NCBI GenBank assembly: GCA_038246475.1
Contig: JBBRVX010000002.1
Coordinates: 1 to 63,586, forward strand
DNA length: 63,586 bases
From: Thermomicrobiales bacterium
Lineage (GTDB): Bacteria; Chloroflexota; Chloroflexia; Thermomicrobiales; UBA6265
Direction: 5' to 3'
The notes under the pieces are model-generated. The model was not told the origin of the DNA. It searched no databases and worked only from the letters and a program-made list of their open reading frames with translations. Numbering within the stretch: the stretch's first letter is position 1; every line of letters starts with the position of its first letter. Shown here piece after piece: positions 45,719 through 54,609 of the stretch. Position numbers and translations under genes: made by a program.

Positions 45719-47158
45719 TTAGCGCCAGCTCGGCAACCACATGCGGGCGTTCACCTGAGCGGCATCGAGTGGCATGGCCGTGTAGAGTGGGTAAAAGTAG
45801 GCAAACGTGGCCACGACCGCAACGATGTACGCCGCCGCGGCCAGGCGGCGTATGCCGCCTAGCCGCCAGCCATCGACCACGATGATCGCCAATGCCAGAC
45901 AACCGAGCGGCACAGAGGGCATAAAGTGATAGATAAATGTGCCGCGCGGGGATAGCGCCCAGGGCAGGAACTGCCCAAAGAATCCGATGAGGAGGACGAG
46001 CAACGCCGCTGGCTTGCGGCCCCACCAGTCGATGGCCACCCATGCTACCGCGACGACCATCGGCCAGTACAAGAGGGGATTTCCGTTGCCGAAGACAATC
46101 GCGGCTTCGTTCCCCCTTTCGGCGACGTAGTACCAGATGGGTCGTGCGGCCAACGGCCATTGCCACCAGGGTGACGAATCATCATGGACCACGCCGAGCT
46201 CGCGGTGATACGTCAGCATATCCCGGTGCAGATTGACAAAATTGGCCCACGTGTGATGCGTGAGAAAGAAGTGCAGATATGAGAGAAGGTAGATTGCGAT
46301 CGGGATAGCGATTAACGCAACTGGAGCCCAACGCAGGTACGCACGGAGTCCCGATCGGGCGGCTTCGGCGTCCGCGGCGTCCGCTCCCTTTCCTTGCCTC
46401 CACAGGGCAATGATCTTGCCGCAAACGGTCAGGCCAATAAGCCCGAGAAGAGGAGCCGCGCTCCATTTCGTTGCCAGGGCGAGGCCGAGACAGATTCCCG
46501 TGGCGAGAAGTGGATTTCTGAGTTTTTCTGGCGGTGCAGCAAGCATCCGGGCCAAACCGAGCAGCGCGCCGGTCAGGAACACGAGCAGAAAGAGGTTGGA
46601 CATGCCAACCCGCGATTCCACGAGATACAGGCCATCAAGCGCCAGCAATGCGGATGCTAGTGCGCTGGTAACGGCGCTGCCGGTGAGTGACAGGGCGAGA
46701 AAATAGGCAAGGACCACGCCTGTGGCGCCGAAGATGACACTCGCGATCCGCCAGCCCAGCGGATTGTCGCCAGCGACCAGAATACCGCCGGCGATGATCA
46801 GCTTGGCAAGTGGCGGGTGGGTCCACTCAATAGCCGGGTCATCGCGCGGCGGTATTCTGGTGTTGTACGCCTCTTCGCCCTCCACATACTTGCCGGCGGT
46901 GTAGGCATAGTAGAGTTCATCGAATACATAAACTGGCGGCGTTGTCAGGCGGGGAAGAGTGAGGGCCAGGGCGAAGAGGGCGAGTACGAAAGGAATCGCC
47001 GCTCCCCGCCACTGGCTGCCATCGCGCTTCGAGATGGCGTTACGCTGCTGCCAAGGCCAATTATGGCGAGCCGCGAGTTCGGGGTTAGTTGCCGCCGGAG
47101 CCGCCACTGCCACCCGATCCGCCGCTTCCTCCCGAGCCGCCACTGCCACCCGATCCAT
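45719..47158 (-). CDS. GT39 / PMT-family protein O-mannosyltransferase-like glycosyltransferase (start ambiguous: ATG 47158 or GTG 47113/47107)
   Basis: Loop-1 acidic motif PPVYVFDELYYAYTAGKYV, more than 10 TM helices, and a conserved ...SPRGTFIYHFMPSVP C-terminal region. Confidence 0.85.
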   Translation of the reverse strand: MDRVAVAAREEAADRVAVAAPAATNPELAARHNWPWQQRNAISKRDGSQWRGAAIPFVLALFALALTLPRLTTPPVYVFDELYYAYTAGKYVEGEEAYNTRIPPRDDPAIEWTHPPLAKLIIAGGILVAGDNPLGWRIASVIFGATGVVLAYFLALSLTGSAVTSALASALLALDGLYLVESRVGMSNLFLLVFLTGALLGLARMLAAPPEKLRNPLLATGICLGLALATKWSAAPLLGLIGLTVCGKIIALWRQGKGADAADAEAARSGLRAYLRWAPVALIAIPIAIYLLSYLHFFLTHHTWANFVNLHRDMLTYHRELGVVHDDSSPWWQWPLAARPIWYYVAERGNEAAIVFGNGNPLLYWPMVVAVAWVAIDWWGRKPAALLVLLIGFFGQFLPWALSPRGTFIYHFMPSVPLGCLALAIIVVDGWRLGGIRRLAAAAYIVAVVATFAYFYPLYTAMPLDAAQVNARMWLPSWR

Positions 47159-47396
47159 TGCCGCGCTTGCAGCGCTTCCGACCACCGCTCCCTCCGGAGC
47201 CGCCCCGTCTCTTGCAGCGACGCTTTTCGGCGCCGACGGCCGCGGAGTCGTCGTCGCCCCGGCTGGCCAGTACGCCCGTCAACGCGGCGCCCCCGAATGC
47301 GGTGAGGGCGATTGCGGCAGTGGCCACCTTGGCGAACTGGCGTCGCGTCACGGCAGGGTTTTCCTGTAGAGTACTTTTTTGTGTTACTTCGTTCAT
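47085..47396 (-). CDS. Small Tat-signal protein, basic, with KRRCKRR/RKRCKRG motifs and a (GGS)n tail
   Basis: GGAAGGA lies 7 nt before ATG 47396. Sequence MNEVTQKSTLQENPAVTRRQFAKVATAAIALTAFGGAALTGVLA|SRGDDDSAAVGAEKRRCKRRGGSGGSGGRKRCKRGNGSGGSGGSGGSGGSGGSGGSGGN*. Confidence 0.6.
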   Translation of the reverse strand: MNEVTQKSTLQENPAVTRRQFAKVATAAIALTAFGGAALTGVLASRGDDDSAAVGAEKRRCKRRGGSGGSGGRKRCKRGNGSGGSGGSGGSGGSGGSGGSGGN

Positions 47397-47459
47397 GTTC
47401 GTTCCTTCCAAATTTAGCGTCACCGGAGGTGAGAATCCGCCAATCGATGATTCTCGCCG

Positions 47460-47765
47460 TTAGTCATCCCAACCGGATCCGCCCGAGCCGCCAGAACCCC
47501 CCGCACCAGCAAAGACCCAGTCTGAATCATCGTCCCAGCCCGAGCCGCCCGAGCCACCGCTGCCACCGAAAACGTCGTCCCAACCTGAGCCGCCACTTGG
47601 CATGGAGAAATCGTCATCCCAGCCGTCGCTATCCTTGGCCAGTGCGCCGGAAAGCCCAGCGACGCCAAATCCAACAACGACCAGAGCCATCGCGGCCACC
47701 CTCGCGGCTCGTCGTCGGGTCTCCGGGCGGTTCATCGTTGGAGTTTCAAGACGTTCCATGATCAT
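47460..47765 (-). CDS. Small signal-peptide protein, acidic, with four GWDD motifs separated by GGS repeats
   Basis: MIMERLETPTMNRPETRRRAARVAAMALVVVGFGVAGLSGALA|KDSDGWDDDFSMPSGGSGWDDVFGGSGGSGGSGWDDDSDWVFAGAGGSGGSGGSGWDD*. GAGG lies 7 nt before ATG 47765. Confidence 0.55.
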   Translation of the reverse strand: MIMERLETPTMNRPETRRRAARVAAMALVVVGFGVAGLSGALAKDSDGWDDDFSMPSGGSGWDDVFGGSGGSGGSGWDDDSDWVFAGAGGSGGSGGSGWDD

Positions 47766-47983
47766 ATAAACCTCGGATTCTGCTTCGACCCCTGAGTCCC
47801 TCGACTCTCGCGCCGAAGCTGACTGTGTTCGGAAACCTGCTGCTCATTGTGGCAGTCATCACGCCCGCTGCTAACCGGCGAGAGTCGGGATTCTCAATGC
47901 GACCTACGTCAGCGCGGGAGTTGGACGAAAGTCGCATGGGGCGCGTGAATTCACTCTGCCATACTTGAGGGTCAGGTGAAAGA

Positions 47984-49426
47984 ATGCGACTGACGAAGAT
48001 AAGTTCCCGAGTGCGATCGTGGCTCGATCGACTGAGCGTAGCAGAGCGGTTCATGCTGGGGAGCCTGGCTATCCTGGCGCTCGGGATGGCTGGCATCGGG
48101 GCGTGGGTAACGCGGCAAATCGAGGACGGCGTGGTGCACCGCACCGCCGCGACAACTGCCCTCTACGTCGATAGCCTTATTGCTCCGTCGCTCCAGGATC
48201 TGGCAACTGGCGACACGCTTTCAGCAGAATCAATCGATCGCCTCAACTGGCTGCTTGAAGACACCCCGCTGGGCCAGGAGGTCGCGCTCTTCCAGGTCTG
48301 GGACCGATCTGGCCGCATCGTTTACAGCAATGCCCCGAGCATGGCCGGGCAGGCGTTTCCCATCGAAAGCGACCTCGCCACGGCTCTTGCCGGGGGGATC
48401 AGTGCGGACATCGGCGAAGCCGAAGGCGGCGGTACGCTTCCATCGGACGTGTCAGGGCGCGACCTGATCGAGATCTACAGCCCGGTGCGCAGCCGGGGCA
48501 CGAGCGACGTTATCGCTGCAGCGGAGTTCTATTACGCGACGAGTGAACTTGAGCGCGATCTCGCGGCAGCCCAGCGCCGAAGCTGGCTGGCTGTTGGTGT
48601 TGCCACGCTCGGGATCTATTTCTTACTCGCGACATTCATTCAACGTGTCAGCAATACCGTTCGGGGACAGCAGCGGGCCCTCGGCGAGCAAGTGGTTTGG
48701 CTGACTGAAGTACTGAGGCAAAATCAGGTGCTGCACAAGCGGGTGCAAGGCGCGGCGGCGCGCACTGCTGCACTAAACGAACGGTTCTTGCGCCGGTTCA
48801 GCGCCGAGCTGCATGACGGTCCAGCCCAGGATGTCAGTTTAGCGCTGCTCCGGCTTGACCACGTCGCGGCCATCTGTGGGACACGAGGTGATGACGCTGC
48901 CGCGACCGAACGCATTGAGCGTGAGTTGGAGCTCATCCAGAGCAGTCTGGCCCGGGCCCTCAATGAGGTTCGAGGAATTGCAAGCGGGTTGCTGCTTCCT
49001 CATCTCAGTACGCTTGACGTTGCAAAGACACTCGATCACGTGATTCGAGGCCATCGCCGTCGCACTGGCTCGCTGGTTGAGGTGGAGCTGAATGATCTTC
49101 CCGAGGACGCGCCATTGGCGACGAAGATCGCGCTCTACCGCATCGTACAGGAGGCGCTGACGAACGCGTGGCGTCATGCAGACCGCGCTGGCCAGAAGGT
49201 TGCAGTCGCTGGATGCAACGACCAGATAGAGATAGAGATCATCGACGTCGGGCCGGGATTTGATCCTCTGCTCAACGAAGGGTCCGAAATGCATCTCGGT
49301 CTTGTTGGCATGAGAGAGAGGGCTGAAAGCCTGGGTGGTCAGTTTCGGATCGAAAGTGCGCCGGGCCAGGGCACCAGAGTCATCGTGTCGCTTCCCCTCG
49401 AGCATTCAGGAGGTCCTGATGGTTGA
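47984..49426 (+). CDS. Sensor histidine kinase (HisKA_3/NarX-type) with a periplasmic sensor domain flanked by 2 TM helices
   Basis: H-box ELHDGPAQDVSLALLRL, N-box EALTNAWRHA, G-boxes DVGPGF and GLVGMRERA. Confidence 0.9.
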   Translation: MRLTKISSRVRSWLDRLSVAERFMLGSLAILALGMAGIGAWVTRQIEDGVVHRTAATTALYVDSLIAPSLQDLATGDTLSAESIDRLNWLLEDTPLGQEVALFQVWDRSGRIVYSNAPSMAGQAFPIESDLATALAGGISADIGEAEGGGTLPSDVSGRDLIEIYSPVRSRGTSDVIAAAEFYYATSELERDLAAAQRRSWLAVGVATLGIYFLLATFIQRVSNTVRGQQRALGEQVVWLTEVLRQNQVLHKRVQGAAARTAALNERFLRRFSAELHDGPAQDVSLALLRLDHVAAICGTRGDDAAATERIERELELIQSSLARALNEVRGIASGLLLPHLSTLDVAKTLDHVIRGHRRRTGSLVEVELNDLPEDAPLATKIALYRIVQEALTNAWRHADRAGQKVAVAGCNDQIEIEIIDVGPGFDPLLNEGSEMHLGLVGMRERAESLGGQFRIESAPGQGTRVIVSLPLEHSGGPDG

Positions 49427-50072
49427 TGCGTTGCAGGTCGCGATCGTCGACGACCATCCGCTGTTCCGTGAAGGTGTGGCTCACACGCTGAGCATTCAGC
49501 CGAATATCGAAGTTGTCGCCGAGGGAGGCTCGGCTGCCGATGCCATCCAGATCGCCGCCGAGCGCATGCCGGATATCATGCTGCTCGACGTGTCGATGCC
49601 AGGCACGGGACTTCACGCCGTGCGGGAGATTACCGCCGCGTTTCCAGTGATCAAGGTCGTGATGCTCACGGTGTCGGAGGAAGAGGACGACGTGACCGCC
49701 GCCCTGCGCGCGGGGGCGCGTGCGTACGTGTTGAAGGGGGTCCCGGCCCGGGAGCTTGTCCGTATCCTGCGGGCAGTGGCCGAGGGAGAGGTCTACGTCA
49801 CGCCCTCGCTGGCGGCCAGCCTGCTGTTCGAGCTCACCTCGGGACGGCCTGCATCACCGGCGGCAAATCCCCTCGATGTCCTGACCGAACGAGAACGACA
49901 GATCCTGGAGCGGGTCGCCGCTGGCGACAGCAACAAAGAGGTGGGCGTCCAATTGCATGTAACTGAGAAAACGGTCAAACATCACATGACGAACATCCTG
50001 CAAAAGCTGCAGGTGCGCAATCGAGTCGAGGCGGCGTTGATGGCTCGGATTGGGGAGCACTCGGAGCGCTGA
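49419..50072 (+). CDS. NarL/LuxR-family response regulator
   Basis: GGAGG lies before ATG 49419. Receiver VAIVDDHPLFREG...MLLDVSMPG. LuxR HTH LTERERQILERVAAGDSNKEVGVQLHVTEKTVKHHMTNILQKL. 8-nt overlap with the kinase gene. Confidence 0.9.
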   Translation: MVDALQVAIVDDHPLFREGVAHTLSIQPNIEVVAEGGSAADAIQIAAERMPDIMLLDVSMPGTGLHAVREITAAFPVIKVVMLTVSEEEDDVTAALRAGARAYVLKGVPARELVRILRAVAEGEVYVTPSLAASLLFELTSGRPASPAANPLDVLTERERQILERVAAGDSNKEVGVQLHVTEKTVKHHMTNILQKLQVRNRVEAALMARIGEHSER

Positions 50073-50113
50073 TCGACAACGTTGCGGCGCGCTGGCAGCG
50101 CATCGGAACGAAG

Positions 50114-50145
50114 CAGGGGGCGGACCTGGGTCCACCCCCTGTTTC
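50114..50145 (+). terminator. Intrinsic terminator after the response-regulator gene
   Basis: CAGGGGGCGGAC-ctgg-GTCCACCCCCTG (1 mismatch) followed by TTTC. Confidence 0.55.
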
Positions 50146-50407
50146 GCCTCGGTACGCCGTGGAGTCCGGGGATAAGGGCCTTCAGGAACTTCTCAAGGAC
50201 CTTGCCCTCATTTCGCCGTGAACGAGGCAATGCCTCGGCTTCTGCTTGTGCGAAGGAGCTTGAATGAAGTCCAGCGCCCTCATCCGGTTCGATTGGGCAC
50301 TATGCATCCGCCTCGTGATGCCCATACAACGAATGGCGCGTGGCTTCGTGAGGGAATGGTCGAAAGATCTGTCATGGACAAGGCATTCGCGGGAGAAGCG
50401 CTCCTGC

Positions 50408-50998
50408 CTAGGCTTCGGCCGCGTGCCAGGCTTTCGACACCATGTCGCGGGTAGCCGAGGGGGCCTCCGGGTTTGTCTGCAGACCGTCGTCGCTAAGCTC
50501 CCGTTCGACCACGCCTGGCATCACCTCGTTGATGCGCTCAATGGCGCCGGCATAGTCGGTCAAGTGCTGCTTGGCCAGTGCCGCGGCGCGCGCATCCCCC
50601 AGACCGAGCGCCGTGGTGTGCAACATTGAGTAACTGATGGCGGCCAGGCTGAAGGCGGCGTAATCATCGCGCAGCGCCTTGGAGATGGTCTCGTCGCGAA
50701 GTTGATCGATGATGCCGGCGGCCTTGCCTAGCACCGCGGCGCCGGCCGCCTTGATGGGATTTCCGACCGTCGAACCGGTTTCTCCCTGCAACGAGGTGAG
50801 CGCATCGCGGTGGCGCTTCACCATATCATGGCAATTTCGAATGACTTTGCCGGCAGTCTCATTCCCTTCAGTGAGCTTGAGTTGGCGATCCAGGGCCTCC
50901 TCAATGTGGGCCTCCAGCGCGGCCATGTCGCCGGTGTATTTGGCAATGGTTTGTTCTGACGAAGTTTCTGTTTTCTCTGCTTCCGTGTGCGATGACAT
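50408..50998 (-). CDS. Ferritin-like four-helix protein, DUF892/YciE-like (tentative)
   Basis: GAGAGGAG lies before ATG 50998. MSSHTEAEK...YTGDMAALEAHIEEALDRQ...ALRDDYAAFSLAAISYSMLHTTALGLGD... is co-linear with my recollection of YciE. Confidence 0.6.
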   Translation of the reverse strand: MSSHTEAEKTETSSEQTIAKYTGDMAALEAHIEEALDRQLKLTEGNETAGKVIRNCHDMVKRHRDALTSLQGETGSTVGNPIKAAGAAVLGKAAGIIDQLRDETISKALRDDYAAFSLAAISYSMLHTTALGLGDARAAALAKQHLTDYAGAIERINEVMPGVVERELSDDGLQTNPEAPSATRDMVSKAWHAAEA

Positions 50999-51377
50999 TC
51001 GGCATGCTCCTCTCTGGTCACGAGAACCAAGTCGTTCCCGCACAAACTTTGCACAGTGCATGCCAGCCCGCGAAAAGGTCCCTGGCGGGAGAGTGCATAA
51101 CGGATGCTTGAGCTCAGCCATTGATTGCCGCTGCTCCGTCGCCTGAGGCCGTGCAACCCTTGCTTGGTCCGTCTCGTCCCGCCAGCGGACGATAGGAATC
51201 GAAGAAGAGGCCGCGTCCAAACACGGCATGTGCTTCAGCGATCAAAAGGCATCCTGTGTCGCAAACAAGATGAGCGCATCACGCAAATACCAGCGAGCGA
51301 CTTGCTGCTATGCTCGTATCGGTTGACCTGAAGCCAGTTGGCGAAAGCCCAACCCAAATTACCTGCACGAACGCGCG

Positions 51378-52427
51378 TTACGTCCTTGACGCGGCCGGCT
51401 CCACGGGCGTCTTGGCGAGCACACGATCAATGTCGCCGCCAGCCATACGGGGGCTTTCCTGATAAAGGAAACAGGCCACGGCACGATGTCCATCGGTCTG
51501 AAAGAGGGGCGGGGTGGTCGTCCGGCAGATGTCCATGGCATAGGGGCAGCGGTTCACGAACTTGCAACTCTGCTCGGCGGAGACGACTGGCCTGGCAGGA
51601 TCTACCGGAAGCTCATGGTGCGTCCAGGGGTGGTTTGGATCGGCCTTGGGGATCGACTGCACGAGCAGCTGGGTGTAAGGATGCCGAGGTTGCTTGACGA
51701 CCAGATCGACATCACCGGCTTCAGCCACCTCTCCCCGGTACATGACCAGGATGTTGCGACTGATCTGATAGGCGGTGGTGAGATCGTGGGTGATATAGAG
51801 AATGGAAATGTCGTACCTGAGGTGCATCTGGCGCAGGCTTTCGAGAATCGTCGCCCGTAACGAGGCATCGACCATGGAAACCGGCTCGTCGGCAATGATC
51901 AGGCGCGGCTGCAACAGAAGCGCGCGCGCGACCATGACCCGCTGCCGCTGCCCGCCGCTCAATTGGTGGGGGTGTCTGCCCAGCGTCTCCTCCGGCCGAA
52001 GCCCAACCGCGTTCAGCGTCTCTTCCATCAAAGCGCGCGCCTTCTCCTTTGAGGGCGCGAGTTTGAACTTCTGGATGGGCGTGCTGAGAACATGATCGAC
52101 CTTGTAAAAGGGGTTGTAAACTTCATAGGGATCCTGAAAGATGACCTGGACATCGCGCAAGAAGCGCTTTCGCTCATCGCCTGAAAGGTGCTCAATGTCC
52201 TTTCCGCGATAGAGCACTTCACCGCTGGTAGGCGAGGTGAGACCGAGGAACAAGCGGGCCAGCGTCGTTTTTCCGCTTCCGCTCTCCCCGACGATCGCGG
52301 TAATCGTGGGCGGCTCGTCGTCGACACGGAAGGAAAAATCGTCAAGCGCGACCATTCCGGGCGTCCTGCTGAAGCGGCCGCCGCCAAACACTCTGGTAAC
52401 GCTCCTGGCCTCCAGCAAAACCGCCAT
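51378..52427 (-). CDS. Opp/Dpp-type ABC transporter ATP-binding protein (OppF/DppF-like)
   Basis: GESGSGKTT, LSGGQRQRV, IIADEPVSMVD, and the C-terminal oligopeptide-type extension HPYTQLL...CKFVNRCPYAMDIC. Confidence 0.9.
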   Translation of the reverse strand: MAVLLEARSVTRVFGGGRFSRTPGMVALDDFSFRVDDEPPTITAIVGESGSGKTTLARLFLGLTSPTSGEVLYRGKDIEHLSGDERKRFLRDVQVIFQDPYEVYNPFYKVDHVLSTPIQKFKLAPSKEKARALMEETLNAVGLRPEETLGRHPHQLSGGQRQRVMVARALLLQPRLIIADEPVSMVDASLRATILESLRQMHLRYDISILYITHDLTTAYQISRNILVMYRGEVAEAGDVDLVVKQPRHPYTQLLVQSIPKADPNHPWTHHELPVDPARPVVSAEQSCKFVNRCPYAMDICRTTTPPLFQTDGHRAVACFLYQESPRMAGGDIDRVLAKTPVEPAASRT

Positions 52428-52436
52428 GGGTGCTCC

Positions 52437-53426
52437 CTAATACAAATGACACGACACGCGGCGGTCAGGCTCGACCTCGCGCAGATGCGGCTCGATGAAG
52501 GCGCACTGCTCCATCGCCTGAGGACAGCGCGAGCGAAACGAGCAGCCGGCTGGCCGGTGAAGCAGGGAGGGAGGGAGACCGGCTATGCCCTGGAACGCCC
52601 CTTTCACCTCCAGGGTCGGCAAACTGGCAATGAGCAACTGGCTGTAGGGATGGAGGGGTGCGCGGAAGAGCGCGCCGACATTGGAGACCTCGGCCAGGTT
52701 CCCGGCGTACATGATGCCGACGCGATCGACCACCTGCGCCATTAGGCCCATGTCATGGCCGATGAGGATGATCGAAGCGCCAAGATCCTCTTGCACCTTC
52801 AACAATGTATCCATCACCTGCCGCTGCACGACCACATCGAGCGCGCTGGTGGGCTCGTCGGCGATGATCAACTTCGGCCGCAGGCTGATGGCGATGGCAA
52901 TGCAGACCCGTTGCTTCATGCCGCCACTCAGCTCGTGGGGGAACATTTCCGCCACTTCCCGGCGGAGTCCGACGCTTTCCAGCAGCTCACGCACCCGTTC
53001 ATCGAGCGCCCTGCCGGTGAGCTTCACGCCATGGTCGGTCAACCCATCCCTGATCTGCTCCTGGATGCGCAGGACCGGATTGAGCGAGTTCATGGCTCCC
53101 TGAGCGACAAGCGCGATGCGGGCGAGGCGAACCTGCCGGATGCCTTCCTCGGAAAGCTCGACCAGATTGTCGCCTTCGAGGAGGACTTCGCCCTCGACGA
53201 TGCGCCCCGGCGGCCGGATGAGCCGCATCAAGGCCAGGGCCATCGTCGACTTCCCTGATCCAGACTCGCCGACGAGGCCAAGACGCTCGCCTTCATAGAG
53301 GGTGAAGCTGACGCCATTGACGGCCTGCACCGGACCACGGGAGGTTTCGTAGTGGACCCGCAGGCCGCGGACATCGAGAATGGGGGGATTCACGTCGCTC
53401 CCTTGGGTTCGGACCCTCATTGGCAA
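52437..53426 (-). CDS. Opp/Dpp-type ABC transporter ATP-binding protein (OppD/DppD-like)
   Basis: GESGSGKST, LSGGMKQRV, IIADEPTSALD, HPYSQLL...CSFRSRCPQAMEQC. Confidence 0.9.
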   Translation of the reverse strand: MPMRVRTQGSDVNPPILDVRGLRVHYETSRGPVQAVNGVSFTLYEGERLGLVGESGSGKSTMALALMRLIRPPGRIVEGEVLLEGDNLVELSEEGIRQVRLARIALVAQGAMNSLNPVLRIQEQIRDGLTDHGVKLTGRALDERVRELLESVGLRREVAEMFPHELSGGMKQRVCIAIAISLRPKLIIADEPTSALDVVVQRQVMDTLLKVQEDLGASIILIGHDMGLMAQVVDRVGIMYAGNLAEVSNVGALFRAPLHPYSQLLIASLPTLEVKGAFQGIAGLPPSLLHRPAGCSFRSRCPQAMEQCAFIEPHLREVEPDRRVSCHLY

Positions 53427-53588
53427 GCAGAAAGGACAGCCGCATCATCGCTGTCGATCTGATGCGATCGTGGCTTGTCGTCGCCGTTCAGGCGGTCAGT
53501 ATGCGGCAGGAGCGGATCGCGGTAAAGACAAGCCGGGGTAAGCGGCTCACGCGGGCCGGGGCACGAGGCCCGCCATCTTCATTGCTGA

Positions 53589-54434
53589 CTACCCGATGGT
53601 TTCACTGTAAAGGTTCAGTCCGGGTACATCGACCCGCGTGTGGTAAAGCGACGCCGTTTCCACTTCGGTGATCACGAGCGTCCTCCGATCGGCGCCGCCG
53701 AAGGCAACATTCGTCACATTTGCGCCAGGAACCAGGATCTCGTTGTCAAGATCGCCAGAGGGGTCAAAGACGGCTACTCTGCCGCCGCCGTAGTGTGCGA
53801 CGTAGAGCCGGCCCTGCTCATCGAAGGCCATGCCATCCGGGCCGGTTCCGCCAGGGAGTGAAGCGAAGTCTTGCCGCGCGCCAATGACGCCGTCTGTCCC
53901 GATCGGGTAGCGCAGAATCCGGTGATGAAGTGTTTCGGCGAGGTAGACGGCGTCGCCATCGGGCCCGATGGCGACCCCATTCGGAAAGGCCAGGCCAGAG
54001 TCAATGCGCTCCAGGACACCATTGGGGAAGAGGCGGTAGAAGCCCCCCGTCGGGTTGGCGAGCGTGGAGCGCCAAGGGTCTGAGAAGTAGAGAATGCCGA
54101 CTCTGTCAAAGACCAGGTCATTCGCCCCATTGAGCGGCTTGTCTTCGTAGGCGTCGACCAGGATGGCAGATCGGCCATCCGCGATGCGGAGCACGCCATG
54201 GATGTCGTCGCCTTCGTCCGCGACGTAAAGCGATCCGTCGCGGTGAAACGCAAGCCCGGCCGGGATGCCCCCGGTGTTGAAAAACTCCGAAACATCGCCA
54301 TCCGGCGTGCGGCGTACAATCGAGCTGGTCAGCCAGTTGACGAAGTAGAGATTTCCCTCGCGATCAAAGGCCGGGCCTTCAGGCGAATCGTATCCCGAGA
54401 TCAGGGTAGTGGGCGGCGAGGTCACTAGTCGCAT
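53589..54434 (-). CDS. SMP-30/gluconolactonase/LRE-like beta-propeller protein
   Basis: Repeated ...EGPAFD..GNLYFV..., GLAFHRDGSLYVAD, NDLVFD, PNGVAIGPDG and PDGMAFDEQGRLYVA blades. Confidence 0.85.
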   Translation of the reverse strand: MRLVTSPPTTLISGYDSPEGPAFDREGNLYFVNWLTSSIVRRTPDGDVSEFFNTGGIPAGLAFHRDGSLYVADEGDDIHGVLRIADGRSAILVDAYEDKPLNGANDLVFDRVGILYFSDPWRSTLANPTGGFYRLFPNGVLERIDSGLAFPNGVAIGPDGDAVYLAETLHHRILRYPIGTDGVIGARQDFASLPGGTGPDGMAFDEQGRLYVAHYGGGRVAVFDPSGDLDNEILVPGANVTNVAFGGADRRTLVITEVETASLYHTRVDVPGLNLYSETIG

Positions 54435-54609
54435 CCTCCAGGTTGGCTTTGAGGTTCCTCACATGAAGGTATCGTGCCACGCGAGTTCAATATGGAAAAG
54501 TGCGGATTCCGGTCACCTCGCGACTGTCGAACTGTCTCTTCAAGGGGGATGACTTTAAGCTAGGTTTAGCGCGCCTTGGTACCTTTCTCGCCTTTCACGA
54601 GCGGTACAG

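Noticed and set aside
47089-47463. 124-aa plus-strand ORF beginning MPPEPPLPPDPPLPPEPPLPPDP (Pro-rich repeat)
   Set aside because: Mirror image of the minus-strand (GGS)n coding repeat. It has no SD or signal sequence, whereas the minus-strand ORF has an SD and a consensus Tat motif.
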